Shown here piece after piece: positions 43,153 through 57,688 of a stretch of DNA of 64,000 nt; the stretch's first letter is position 1, and the number at the start of each line of letters is the position of its first letter. The notes beneath the pieces are model-generated. The model searched no databases. It was not told where the DNA came from and was given only the letters and a program-made list of their open reading frames with translations. Made by a program: the position numbers and the translations under genes. The DNA is taken from positions 27,776,001 through 27,840,000 of the forward strand of contig CM022677.1 in assembly GCA_012295275.1 (NCBI GenBank), read 5' to 3'. The DNA comes from Chrysomallon squamiferum. Its lineage: Eukaryota; Animalia; Mollusca.

Positions 43153-43710
43153 AGCAACGTCAACAGCAACGTCAACAGCGACGTGAACAGCAACGTGAAC
43201 ATCAGCGTGAACATCAGCGTGAACATTAACGTGAACATCAACGTGAACATCAACGTGAACATCAGTGTTAACATTAGCGTGAACATCAGTGAACATTAAC
43301 GTGAACATTAACGTGAACATCAACGTGAACATTAACGTGAACATCAACGTGAACATTAACGTGAACACTAACGTGAACATCAACGTGAACATCAACGTGA
43401 ACATCAACGTGAACACTAACGTGAACATCAACGTGAACATCAACGTGAACACTAACGTGAACATCAACGTGAACATTAACGTGAACACTAGCGTGAACAT
43501 TAACGTGAACATCAACGTGAACATCAACGTGAAGAGCAGCGTGAACATCAACGTGAATAGCAACGTGAACACTAACGTGAACATCAACGTGAACACTAAC
43601 GTGAACATCAACGTGAACATTAACATGAACATTAACGTGAACACTAACGTGAACATCAACGTGAAGAGCAGCGTGAACATCAACGTGAATAGCAACGTGA
43701 ACATCAACGA
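43153..43710. repeat. 12-bp minisatellite (aacgtgaacatc) abutting the TSR6 acceptor
   Basis: About 45 visible units. Confidence 0.92.
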
Positions 43711-43976
43711 GAAGGGCGGGTAAACGTGTAAGAACGTGCTACGTGTCTGTGTATATTTGTCTTATAAACATGTTTGTATCTCACTGTAACAGTGTTTCTC
43801 TATAATTTCTGGATGGGTTTTTTTTATTATTTCCTTTTTATTGTGTGTGTGTGTGTTTGTGTTTCAGTGTTCACGTGTTTCTTGATGTCTGTTTGTCTAT
43901 TTGTGTGTGTCTGTGTGTTTATATGTCAGTGTTTCCTTCTGTGTGTGTATCTATTAATCTGTTTGTTGTGTGTTTC

Positions 43977-44060
<84 letters not shown>

Positions 44061-44077
44061 ACACTCTCTCTTCGTAC

Positions 44078-44257
44078 CTGTGGAGTTGCATCCTTGTTGC
44101 CCTGCGCAGGGATAGTAGACTTCCTTGGCAAACTCGCCCAGGCAGATGCTGTTTGGTTTGCAGGCTCGTTTCTCCGAGCTGCTCCTGAAGCAGTTTGAAG
44201 TGCACTTTGTACTCGACGCAGTCTCCCACAACTCCCAGGCTGCCGGGGAAGCCACGC
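44078..44257 (-). CDS. Gene B TSR5 exon ([59 protein letters not shown])
   Basis: tgacag| and G|gtacga, 180 nt; EKR.C shared with gene A exon 8. Confidence 0.88.
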
Positions 44258-44303
44258 CTGTCATATATACATGTAGATAGATAGACAGACAGATAGATAG
44301 ATC

Positions 44304-44399
<96 letters not shown>

Positions 44400-44696
44400 T
44401 GTGTATGTATGTAGATATATATACAGACAGACAGACAGAGTGAGAGAGAGAGAGAGAGAGAGAAAGACAGACAGAGACAGAGAGTAGAGAAAGAGAGACA
44501 GAGAGAGAGAAAGAAAGAGAGAGACAGAGAGAGAGAAAGGAAGACAGAGAGAGAGAAAGAAAGAGAGAGAGAAAGAGAGAGAGACAGAGAGAGAGAAAGA
44601 GAAAGAGAGAGAGACAGAGAGAGAGACAGAGAGAGAGAAAGAGAAAGAGAGAGAGACAGAGAGAGAGAGAAAGAAAGAAAAAACACGGAGAGAAAT

Positions 44697-44823
<127 letters not shown>

Positions 44824-45953
44824 ATGATCTCATTGCAGTTGTTTGTTAATTCATTTGTAAGTTGTCTGCTTATTCTGCCGTTGTGGTGTTTTTTTACATT
44901 ATTGTTAGTTGAGTGATGGTGTTAGAGGCTGTTGTAGTTGTTGCTGTTGCTGCGGTTGGTATACTACTGACATATATTAGTAGCAGTAGTACCAGTACTA
45001 TCAACAACAGCAATGGTGGTAGCAGTTAGTAGTAGTTTAGTAGTAACAGTAGTAGCTGCTAGAAGGAGTAATACTACTGGTAATAATAGTTCTAGTAGTA
45101 GTAGTCAGCAGTTACAATAATAATTGGAAGAAGTGGCGTTAGTAGCTGCAGTAGCAGAAGTATCACTAATTCTACAAGCTAATAAAAGGAATAATAATAA
45201 CAGTAGTGACAGTAACTGTGGTTGGTTGTAGTAGTAGTAGCAGCAGCAGAAGTAGTAGTAGTAGTAGTATCAGTAGTAGTAGTAGTATCACTAGTAGTAG
45301 TAGTAAGAGTATCAGTAGTAGTAGTAATAGTAGTAATATTACTAGTGGGAGTAGTAGTAATAGTAGTAATAGTAGTAATAGTAGTGGTATCGGTAGCAGA
45401 AGTAGTAGTAGTAGAAGTATCACAAGTAGTAGTATCAGCAACCAGTAGCAGCAGTAGTAGTAGCAGCAGTAGTAGTAGTAGCAGCATAGTAGTAGTAGTA
45501 GCAGCAGCAGAAGTAGTAGTAGTAGCAGCAGCAGTAGTAGCAGTAGCAGCAGTAGCAGTAAGTAGTAGTAGCAGTAGCAGAACTAGTAGTAGTAGCAGCA
45601 GTAGTAGCAGTAGCAGTAGTATTAGTAGTAGCAGTAGCAGAAGTACTAGTAGTAGTAATAATAGTAGTAGTAGTAGTAGTAATACTAGTAGTAGCAGCAG
45701 TAGCAGAAGTACTAGTAGTAGTAGTAATAGTAGTAGTAATAATAATAGTAGTAGCAGTAGTAGTAATAATAGTAGTAGTAGTAGTAATAGTAGCAGCAGT
45801 AGCAATAGCAGAAGTACTACTAGTAGTAGTAGTAGTAATAATAGTACTAGTAGCAGTAGTAGTAGTAATAATAGTAGTAGTAGTAGTAGCAGTAGCAGTA
45901 GCAGAAGTAGTAGTAGCAGTAGTGGAAGAGAAAACCACACATTTAACACGTAC

Positions 45954-46118
45954 AGTTTGTGTTTCTGCATCTGATGGCTTTCTGTCGCCTGTACCGACCG
46001 AAACACGCCCCACCTTTGGGGTCGCACGCCCTCGCCTCGGAGACGTCCTCCTCGCAGTTGCTGTTACACTTCGTCGTGTTGCCGCCGTACACCGCCCACT
46101 CCGTCCACTGGCCCGGGA
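45954..46118 (-). CDS. Gene B TSR4 exon (VPGQWTEWAVYGGNTTKCNSNCEEDVSEARACDPKGGACFGRYRRQKAIRCRNTN-C)
   Basis: ctcgtttcag| and T|gtacgt, 165 nt. Confidence 0.9.
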
Positions 46119-46211
46119 CTGAAACGAGAAGTTCACACGTCTCGAACTGGGTGCGTCTGTGCGGTACGGTAGCGTGGATGTGTTTACAGCACAAACACAC
46201 ACGCACGCACG

Positions 46212-46243
<32 letters not shown>

Positions 46244-46438
46244 CACATATGTTCGTGTGTGTGTGTGTGTGTGTTAGTGGTTTTATTCCTGAATATTTTA
46301 GCATCGTGCACAGTCTCAGTAATTTTCTTCACCTTTGGGGCTGTCGACAACAATTTCGAATGCAGCACTCATTTTTGTTTTTCCGTTTGTTTATCTATAT
46401 ATCTATCATCTATCTATCTATTTTATTTTTCCATTTGT

Positions 46439-46475
<37 letters not shown>

Positions 46476-46542
46476 CATCCATCCATCCATCCATCTCTAT
46501 ATATGTGTTTATCTATCTATTTATTATCTATCTATCTATCTA

Positions 46543-46600
<58 letters not shown>

Positions 46601-46869
46601 CCTACCTACCTATCTATCTATATATCTATCTATCTCTATATACCTCTCTCTATCGATCTGTATCTATCTACCTCTCTCTATCTCTATCCATCTATCTATC
46701 TATCTGTCTTCTTTCTGTCTGTCTGTCTATCTGTATATATCTATATATATATATATATATATATATATCACTATGTGTCTATTTGTCCGTCTGTCTGTCT
46801 ATCTGTTTGTTTGTCTGTCTGTCTATCTCTATATATCCCTGTCTATGTATTTGTCCGTCCCTCTGTCTC

Positions 46870-46921
<52 letters not shown>

Positions 46922-47209
46922 TATTTATATATATATATATATATATATATCCCTATCTGTCTATTTTTCCGTCTGTCTGTCTATTTGTCCGTCTGTCTGT
47001 CTATCTGTCTATCTATATATATCCCTGTCTGTCTATTTGTCCGTTTGTCTGTCTATCTATCTATATATCCCTGTCTGTCTATTTCTCCGTCTGCCTGTCC
47101 GTCTATATGTCTGTCTGTCTATCTATATATATCCCTGTCTGTATATTTGTCCGTCTGTCTGTCTGTCCGTATGTCTGTCTGTATGTCTCTCTGTCTGTCC
47201 GGCTTCAAC

Positions 47210-47380
47210 CTTCTGAGCAGTTTGACTCTGGACATCTCTCTACGTTCTCCACGGTGTGGAACCCGTCACACCCAGGTCCGTACAGACACGTGCGCCTCGA
47301 CTTGGATCGCTTCACGCAGGCCAGCTTGCAGCTCGACAGCGGGAACACGTGCCACATAGACCACATCGGTATGATGTTAC
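47210..47380 (-). CDS. Gene B TSR3 exon (NIIPMWSMWHVFPLSSCKLACVKRSKSRRTCLYGPGCDGFHTVENVERCPESNCSE)
   Basis: tgtgtttcag| and G|gttgaa, 171 nt; RR.C.YG.GC.G.H shared with gene A exon 5. Confidence 0.88.
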
Positions 47381-50300
47381 CTGAAACACAGCACAACACA
47401 GTGTATGATGTTACCTGAAACACAGCACAACACATCGGTATGATGTTACCTGAAACACAGCACAACACATCGGTATGATGTTACATGAAACACAACACAG
47501 TGTATGATGTTACCTGAAACACAACACAACACAGTGTATGATGTTACCTGAAACACAACGCAACACAGTGTATGATGTTACCTGAAACACAACACAACAC
47601 AGTGTATGAAGTTACCTGAAACACAACACAACACAGTGTATGATGTTACCTGAAACACAACACAACACAGTGTATGATGTTACCTGAAACACAACACAAC
47701 ACATCGGTATGATGTTACATGAAACACAACACAACACATCGGTATGATGTTACCTGAAACACAACACAGTGTATGATGTTACATGAAACACAACACAACA
47801 CAGTGTATGATGTTACCTGAAACACAACACAGTGTGTGATGTTACCTGAAACACAGCACAACACAGTGTATGATGTTACCTGAAACACAGCACAACACAG
47901 TGTATGATGTTACCTGAAACACAACACAACACATCGGTATGATGTTACATGAAACACAACACAACACAGTGTATGATGTTACCTGAAACACAACACAGTG
48001 TATGATGTTACCTGAAATACAGCACAACACAGTGTATGATGTTACCTGAAACACAGCACAACACAGTGTATGATGTTACCTGAAACACAACACAACACAT
48101 CGGTATGATGTTACATGAAACACAACACAACACAGTGTATGATGTTACCTGAAACACAGCACAACACAGTGTATGATGTTACCTGAAACACAGCACAACA
48201 CAGTGTATGATGTTACCTGAAACACAACACAACACATCGGTATGATGTTACATGAAACACAACATAACACAGTGTATGATGTTACATGAAACACAACACA
48301 ACACAGTGTATGATGTTACCTGAAACACAACACAGTGTATGATGTTACCTGAAAACACAACACAACACATCGGTATGATGTTACCTGAAACACAACACAT
48401 AGACCACATCGGTATGATGTTACCTGAAACACAACACAACACATCGGTATGATATTACCTGAAACACAACACAACACATCGGTATGATGTTACCTGAAAC
48501 ACAACACAACACATCGGTATGATGTTACCTGAAACACAACACATAGACCACATCGGTATGATGTTACCTGAAACACAACACAGTGTATGATGTTACCTGA
48601 AACACAACACAACACAGTGTATGATGTTACCTGAAACACAACACAACACAGTGTATGATGTTACCTGAAACACAACACAACACATCGGTATGATGTTACA
48701 TGAAACACAACACAACACAGTGTATGATGTTACCTGAAACACAACACAGTGTATGATGTTACCTGAAACACAACACAACACAGTGTATGATGTTACCTGA
48801 AACACAACACAACACAGTGTATGATGTTACCTGAAACACAACACAGTGTATGATGTTACCTGAAACACAGCACAACACAGTGTATGATGTTACCTGAAAC
48901 ACAACATAACACAGTGTATGATGTTACCTGAAACACAACACAACACATCGGTATGATGTTACCTGAAACACAACACATAGACCACATCGGTATGATGTTA
49001 CCTGAAACACAACACAACACAGTGTATGATGTTACCTGAAACACAACACAACACATCGGTATGATGTTACCTGAAACACAACACAACACATCGGTATGAT
49101 GTTACATGAAACACAACACAACACAGTGTATGATGTTACCTGAAACACAGCACAACACAGTGTATGATGTTACCTGAAACACAACACAGTGTATGATGTT
49201 ACCTGAAACACAACACAGTGTATGATGTTACCTGCAACACAACACAGTGTATGATGTTACCTGAAACACAACACAACACAGTGTATGATGTTACCTGAAA
49301 CACAACACAACACAGTGTATGATGTTACCTGAAACACAACACAGTGTATGATGTTACCTGAAACACAACACAACACAGTGTATGATGTTACCTGAAACAC
49401 AACACAACACAGTGTATGATGTTACCTGAAACACAACACAGTGTATGATGTTACCTGAAACACAACATAACACAGTGTATGATGTTACCTGAAACACAAC
49501 ATAACACAGTGTATGATGTTACCTGAAACACAACACAACACATCGGTATGATGTTACCTGAAACACAACACAACACATCGGTATGATGTTACCTGAAACA
49601 CAACACATAGACCACATCGGTATGATGTTACCTGAAACACAACACAACACATCGGTATGATATTACCTGAAACACAACACAACACATCGGTATGATGTTA
49701 CCTGAAACACAACACAACACATCGGTATGATGTTACCTGAAACACAACACATAGACCACATCGGTATGATGTTACCTGAAACACAACACAACACAGTGTA
49801 TGATGTTACCTGAAACACAACACAACACAGTGTATGATGTTACCTGAAACACAACACAGTGTATGATGTTACCTGAAACACAACACAACACAGTGTATGA
49901 TGTTACCTGAAACACAACACAACACAGTGTATGATGTTACCTGAAACACAACACAGTGTATGATGTTACCTGAAACACAACATAACACAGTGTGTATGAT
50001 GTTACCTGAAACACAACATAACACAGTGTATGATGTTACCTGAAACACAACACAACACATCGGTATGATGTTACCTGAAACACAACACAACACATCGGTA
50101 TGATGTTACCTGAAACACAACACATAGACCACATCGGTATGATGTTACCTGAAACACAACACAACACATCGGTATGATATTACCTGAAACACAACACAAC
50201 ACATCGGTATGATGTTACCTGAAACACAACACAACACATCGGTATGATGTTACCTGAAACACAACACATAGACCACATCGGTATGATGTTACCTGAAACA

Positions 50301-50640
50301 CAACACAACACATCGGTATGATATTACCTGAAACACAACACAACACATCGGTATGATGTTACCTGAAACACAACACAACACATCGGTATGATGTTACCTG
50401 AAACACAACACATAGACCACATCGGTATGATGTTACCTGAAACACAACACAGTGTATGATGTTACCTGAAACACAACACAACACAGTGTATGATGTTACC
50501 TGAAACACAACACAACACAGTGTATGATGTTACCTGAAACACAACACAACACAGTGTATGATGTTACCTGAAACACAACACAACACTGTGTATGATGTTA
50601 CCTGAAAACACAGCACAGTGTATGATGTTAAGTGAAAACA
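47365..50640 (-). repeat. ~3.3-kb minisatellite of ~27-41-bp units built from the TSR3 splice-acceptor junction (tgtgttgtgtttcag|gtaacatcatac)
   Basis: Unit equals the intron end plus the first exon bases; some units extend to cgatgtggtctatgtg. Roughly 100 units estimated from length. Confidence 0.93.
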
Positions 50641-51627
50641 CAACACAGGTGTACAGGAGTATCTGTGTATGTCTCTGTGTGTGTCTGTGTGTGTGTCTGT
50701 GTGTGTGTATTATGTTACCTGAAACAGAGAAACAGAACACAGTTCTCTCGTGTACAGGAGTCTCTGAGTGTCTGTGTGTGTGTGTTTTGTGTCTCTCTGT
50801 GTGTGTGTCTGTGTGTGTCTGTCTGTGTGTGTATGTCTGTGTGTGTGTCTGTGTCTATGTGTGTCTGTGTGTGTCTGTCTGTGTGTGTATGTCTGTGTAT
50901 GTCTGTGTCTGTGTGTGTCTGTCTGTGTGTGTATGTATGTGCGTGTGTCTGTGTCTGTGTGTCTGTGTGTGTCTGTCTGTGTGTGTATGTCTGTGTGTGT
51001 GTCTGTGTCTGTGTGTGTCTGTGTGTGTGTGTGTATTATGTTACCTGAAACAGAGAAAACAACAGTTCTCTCGTGTACAGGAGTCTCTGTGTGTGTCTGT
51101 CTGTCTGTGTGTGTGTTTGTGTGTCTGTGTGTGTGTTTGTGTCTGTCTGTGTGTGTGTCTGTCTGTGTGTGTGTGTATGTGTGTGTCTGTCTGTCTGTGT
51201 CTGTGTTATGTTACCTGAATCAGAGAAAAACAACTCAGTTCTGTCACGTACAGGAGTGTCTCACTGTGTGTATGTGTGTGTGTGAGTGTCTGTGTGTGTT
51301 TCTGTGTGTGTCTGTGATAGAAACAATCATGAATGTCATAACAACAATAATACTGCCAGAAACTATAGGTCACTCACATCTAGTGTCATCTATCTTACAC
51401 ACACACACAGTAATAGATACCAGTTCTTCGACTACTACTACAACTACTACTACTACTCTTACTACTACTATAACTACAACTACTACTACTACTACTAAGG
51501 ACAGTTTAAAATTTAGAAATGTGTTTCTACGCCTTACACTGGTTCACTACTACTACTCTTACTACTACTACTACTACTACTGCTGCTGCTACGACGACGA
51601 TTTACACTGGTTCACTACTACTACTCT

Positions 51628-51661
<34 letters not shown>

Positions 51662-51682
51662 GCTACTACGACGACGACTTAC

Positions 51683-51835
51683 ACTGGTTCTCTGGGCACG
51701 TGACGAGCCTGACCCTGCGGAACATTCCCGCACACGAGTAGTCATCTGTGCAGGTTCTCCACGTGTACTGAAAGCCGATGCAGTCCTTGGTGCACGTCTT
51801 CGGAAGGAATTTGTCGTGCCACTCCTGCCAGCGAC
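51683..51835 (-). CDS. Gene B TSR2 exon ([52 protein letters not shown])
   Basis: aaacttgcag| and T|gtaagt, 153 nt. Confidence 0.9.
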
Positions 51836-53311
51836 CTGCAAGTTTGAGAGAGAGAGAAACAGACGATTGAAATGATGATAACAACAGCAACGACGACGAT
51901 GATGATGACAACATCAGTAAATAATAACAAAAGTTTATTTTTGCTGGTTTTTGATTTGTTGATTTGTTAATGGTTTTCATTGGCACTGTCTTTATTCAAA
52001 AGTGATAGAATGGATAATTTGAAAAATTTGGGTCTTTGTGTTTGTTGGGCGAATGTTGCATGGTGTATATTATGAACAAAAGGAAGAAGACAACAACAAC
52101 AAAAAAAAAAAAAAAAAAAAACACGAAAAAAAACAAACAAACAACAAAAACAAACAAACAAAAACAAACAAACAAAAAACCCCCCAACAAACTACATTAG
52201 AAAAAATAAAAAAATTAAAAAAAAAACAAGAACAAAAAATCAATCTGAAGTGCTTTGCAAAGCCGCCATCTTGTTCTGGACCTACGTTGCTATGTAGTGG
52301 ATATCGTTCACACACCACTTCTGACGTTCACCGAGTTAGCTCTACGATCTCTGTTCAAACAAAAGGATGACGTCACAGCTTCGCTAGTTTACAGAAAGAA
52401 AAAAACGTTTGATCGCCTGTCGACAGCGGTAGAAAAATCAAGACTGAAAACTTTCAGCAAACTCTTCTGTCTCTGTGAATAACAGCAACGAACTCCTCGT
52501 CAAATAAAACACCTCACTAGGAAGAGTCGAGTCAGAAAGCGAGCCCGTCGTAGACGTGCTTCACAACTGCTTGCTCTGATTTGCAAGTTCATTTTTAATT
52601 GTTTTTCTGTTTCAAGAGTCGTGTTTCAACTCTCAAAACTCAGTGGAAGTGAAACTTAAAGCGATTCACACAACACAACCAGAACCAGAACCAAAACCTC
52701 CAGGAGTCTGTTTGAAGCTTATTTTCGATGAGATCAACGTTAGCAACACTTTTTTCCTTAACAAAACAAAAAAAAGTCGATTTAACCGCTCAAAATTATG
52801 ATTTAAGTGATTACGTCTGGGTTGAAATGATGCTGAAGCAGGCAACGTGTACATCGTCTGATTGAGAGTCCGCCTGGCTTAATACGTCATATAGAGACAC
52901 GCCATCTATCGGCGTAATGGCGATTACAGATAGTGCGATCGAGGGTTTCAGAAAAAACAAACAAAATAGTTTATTTATTTAATCTGCATGTGATCACGTG
53001 AAAAAAATGTGTGATCACGTGACTTCGTTTTCACGATTTCATTTTTTTTTTGGCGAGAATCAGTTGTTTTACTAGATTTGGTTCCGCATACGAAAGTAAA
53101 CACACTCTCCAGAGATATGAAGTAAAAAAAAAAAAAAAAAACATGGCAGCAAAATTAAATTAAATAATACAAATAAAAAAAGTGATAATAATATTTTAAC
53201 AAATTTGAAATTCAAATTTTGTTTTCTGACTTAGAATTTCAGGACTAAAAATATCTATAATTACACTTGGGTATTGGCCTCATATTTCTCTTACATTACA
53301 CTTTGAGTACC

Positions 53312-53414
<103 letters not shown>

Positions 53415-53478
53415 AATAATAATTATAAAAAATAATGATGATGATGATGACGATGATGATAATAATAACAATAATACT

Positions 53479-53512
<34 letters not shown>

Positions 53513-53563
53513 GTAACAAGAATAATTAAAAGACTTACAGTTTAAAAACAATAAATGACTTAC

Positions 53564-53578
53564 CCGTCACTTTATCCT
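53564..53578 (-). CDS. Gene B exon 3: 15-nt microexon (EDKVT-G)
   Basis: tatattttcag|AGGATAAAGTGACGG|gtaagt. Confidence 0.8.
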
Positions 53579-54299
53579 CTGAAAATATAAATACATTACA
53601 TTAAATAACTTCTTTCTTCTTCAACTTCAACTGTTCTTCACAACAACAATAATATCTACTATCATTCACAACAACAATTTACACCAATTAAATACCTACT
53701 ACTACTACTACCTTACCATTATTACTAATATTTACACCAATTAAACTACCACTGTTATAACTACACTACTACTACTACCACTACCATTACTACAATACTA
53801 CCACTACTACTACTATTACTACTCCTCCTAGTACGACTGCAAATCTACTACTACCACGCTCCTGTTACTAAACCACCAGTACTGCTACAGATATTGCTAC
53901 GATTGCCACTAACATCACCGCTACAACTACAGCTATCAAAACTGCTGGGTGATATCATAGCTGAACGGAGAAAAGAGGGACAACATTTCAGTGTTTCTTT
54001 ATGCAAAGAGTCAAAATTTATTCACAGAAATTCCAGCTTACAGAAAATACTGAAAATTCTGTTTGACTCTTATGTTTTTCCTTGTGAATGTGACACGAAG
54101 TCACGTTACATAACTTCAGTACTACAGACTACCACAAACTAGGAGTGTTAACAATATCAAATCACAGACACTAAACTGCCTTTGAAACCTTATTTCACTA
54201 TGTTAATAATGTCCAAAGTATCAGTTTATAGAATAAGGAAGATTAAAATAATTTTTGGAAATATCTAACTAAATATTGGATTTGAAATGGATGTGCCCA

Positions 54300-55500
54300 G
54301 ACAACGTAAAGTCCTTAACGAAAAATATCTCGATTGTTCAAGTGAAAAGAAAACGTGGAACTATATAAAATTGTTCTTTCGAGGTATCTTAGTTCTAGCC
54401 AAGGCGCAGTTAAAAAAATATATCAGTCAGTCTTCAGATTATGTTATCTGTATTTGACAGAGACAAATTTAAAACTGTAACAGCCATCACTGAGAAAACA
54501 AATGCAGTAACATCCGTCAGATTCATTTAAATCAGGAAACTTTTTTCTAACAACTGCAGCAACTGAAGAAAACGTGGATTTACCAGTAACCACTGATGTC
54601 AGCTTCAACACGATATTATTTTTATCTCAGTTTTTTTAAAAGAAACATTCACGCCAATTTCATAAGGCAACATCCTCAACACAAACAAAGGTATGTATTA
54701 CATTTTTGATGCTGTTCTGAAAAAATATTTATTTATTCAAGTCCAAGAAAGATATAGAATGTTATAACGTAATCACAGATTTTTTTTTTTTTTGAAATGA
54801 CAGTTAATAAGAGATTAAAAACACATTTATACAGAAGAGCAAGGAATTAGTAAGGAAGATGCATCAACTTTAGAAAAGAGATGGCAGATCGAGAGTAATG
54901 CTCGAAGCTTCACGTAAAGTGCAATGAGAAAATCAGAGACAATAAAGACTTGATGCACTCAGATGTGTCCAGCTCTTGACAAACCAATGACCCGTGATAA
55001 ACAAGGACTGGAATCATCATTTCCACAAACTCCTAAACAACTGAGAAAACTGCAGTGACGGAAAAGTTTTCATGGCCATAACTGACACGGATAACAAAGT
55101 GAAAGCGTGTTGGTATGTCTTGAAGAATGATTCAGATGAGAGAAGTCCAAAGGTAGGAGAAGAAGGAACAACTAATGATTTGCGCATCTACATTTCCTCC
55201 TTAATAGCTCAGTGTTTGGAGTACAGCTGTATGATACATGATGTCGGTACCATGATGAGATATAAAGTGCTCATTGGCGGCAACATCAAATAGGCGTTTT
55301 TACATTGGCTGTGATATCGTTTTATAATCTTGCACATTCAAAAGACACTATCAAAGCGTGCCTTGACACGGTCTTGGAAACGATCCCAAATCCATTCAAA
55401 ACTGTAATGATTTGATCTCATTCAAAAAAGAAATCGCTTCATAGCATCTGTTACGATTTCACCACAGAAAAGCATAAGACAAATAAATACTCATTGTAAT
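54300..55500 (+). mobile_element. Probable decayed LINE remnant in gene B intron 2
   Basis: Non-repetitive island without a long ORF; DWNHHFHKLLN at ~55006-55038 resembles the W..HF..LLN motif upstream of LINE RT, and a broken IC-LTET-like endonuclease motif lies near 54445. Boundaries are uncertain. Confidence 0.35.
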
Positions 55501-56355
55501 TTCCTTCTCCCCCATCTCATAGCAAGGAGCCTGTTAGTGGTGTAGCTGACGTAGCAGTGAAACAAAAGAAGACAGCGACGCTGAAACAAGCATCTTCCTT
55601 AGTTCAGGTGGCAAGGGATATGTATTTGAAGTGAAAACCTCCGATGTACAAAAACTGAATGAGGCCGTCAAATTGAAATAGGTTTGCTGATGCCCCAACC
55701 ATCAGAGGATGATCTGTGTTTCCCTTTCTTTCTGACAAATGATAAAGTATAATGAAGAAATCCACCATTGAGGTTAATCATGTAAAAAACCACATCATCA
55801 TCTTAATCATCCATTAAACATGATTCGATCATCAAGGCAGAGAAACAGACGAGAACAGTGAACTTCAGGTTACGTTATCGGACAAAACGTTACATCGGTC
55901 AATATAACGTCCATCACGTACACTTATTATAATAGTAATTTTGTTTATTATACACCGGTTTCAAACCTTCATTACGCTTTCAACTTCACTCCAGTGGAAA
56001 AACATTGATTTGTACAGTTTAAAGAATTGAGACAAATGAAGTTGGTTTGGTTTCACCAAGGTCTGTTTGATGTAATAACTGTCAAACACATATTTCTCAT
56101 TATCTATCAAGGCTTTCTTTTTTTTATCTGTGACACAAAACAGATGTATTCATAGACGTTCTATTACTCAGGGAATTGTTCCTATGGTTACGACTCTAGT
56201 AATGAGGGCAGTTGGAATGACCTCTGAATATATCGTGCGTCACAGCTGAATTGCCCCACTAATAATATTAATAATAATGCTGCAACTACAACTGTTACTA
56301 GTAAAGTTATAAGTACTACTGCTTCCATAACATCTACTAGCAGAATAACAAATTC

Positions 56356-56391
<36 letters not shown>

Positions 56392-56457
56392 GTTGTAGCA
56401 GCAGCAGTAGTAGTAGTAGTAATAAAAAGAACAACAATAACAGCAAAAAGAACAACA

Positions 56458-56488
<31 letters not shown>

Positions 56489-56539
56489 GCAACAACAATA
56501 ACAACAAAATAATAATAATAATAATAATAATAACAACAA

Positions 56540-56574
<35 letters not shown>

Positions 56575-56864
56575 CGACAGCAACAGTAACAATAACAACA
56601 ACAGCAGAAACAACAACAATAATAATAATACAAATAGGACTACTACTACTGCTATTACTACTACTACTACTACTACAAAATAATAATAATACTAACACAA
56701 ATAGGAAAATGGTACTACTGCTAATGTTACTACTACTACTACTACTACTATTACTACTACTACAACTAACTACTACTACTACTACTACCACCACCACAAA
56801 TAACAACAATAACAAAAATAACGTCGACGACGACTACGACGACGACTCGAGCTGATTATCTCAC

Positions 56865-57032
56865 CCACGTCGCAGAGGCCCCCCGTGCACTGAATGAAGT
56901 ACTCCTGCTGTCCGACTCCCAGACACTTCCGTCTCTGCGAGCACGAGCGTCTGGTGGAGATGTACCTGTAGCACGTGGCCATGCACTCCGTGATCCCCAC
57001 GTGCTGCCACGGCTCCCACACCGGCTCAGCGT
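56865..57032 (-). CDS. Gene B TSR1 exon (DAEPVWEPWQHVGITECMATCYRYISTRRSCSQRRKCLGVGQQEYFIQCTGGLCDV)
   Basis: gttttttcag| and G|gtgaga, 168 nt. Confidence 0.9.
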
Positions 57033-57536
57033 CTGAAAAAACATCTTACTGTTGTTGTTGTTGTTGTTGCTGTTGGTGGTGGTGGTGGTGTTGTTGTTGT
57101 TGTTGTTGTTGGTGTTGTTATTTTTATTGTTGTTCGTGGTGGTGGTGGTGCTGGTGGAGGTGGTGTTGTTGTTGTTGTTGTTGTTGGTGTTGTTATTTTT
57201 ATTGTTGTTCGTGGTGGTGGTGCTGGTGGAGGTGGTGGTTGTGGTGTTGTTGTTATTGTTGTTGTTGTTGGTGGTGGTGTTATTATTGTTGTTATTGTTA
57301 TTGTTATTGTTACTATTATTATCATTGTTATTGTTATTATTATTATTATTATTATTGTTATTATTACTGTTATTATCATTGTTATTATTATTATTATTGT
57401 TATTATTATTATTATTATTGTTATTATTATTGTTAATATTATTATTATTGTTGTTGTTGTTTGTTTTGTTTTTGCTTTAATATTGTTGCTATTGTTATTA
57501 TTATTGTTGTTGTTGTCGTTGTTGTTGTTATTATTA

Positions 57537-57579
<43 letters not shown>

Positions 57580-57688
57580 TTCTGGTATCAGTATCAGTAT
57601 TAGTATTGTATTACCACTACTAACAACAACAACAACAACAACAACAACACCAATTAAAGCAGTTATAAAGTGGTACTAAACACAATAC

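Noticed and set aside
46333-46340. Candidate microexon CCCCAAAG between gene B TSR3 and TSR4
   Set aside because: 8 nt breaks the frame and the donor is weak; viable only if there is a homopolymer error.
47365-50640. CRISPR-like array
   Set aside because: There are no unique spacers and no cas genes, and the context is a eukaryotic intron. It is a head-to-tail minisatellite.
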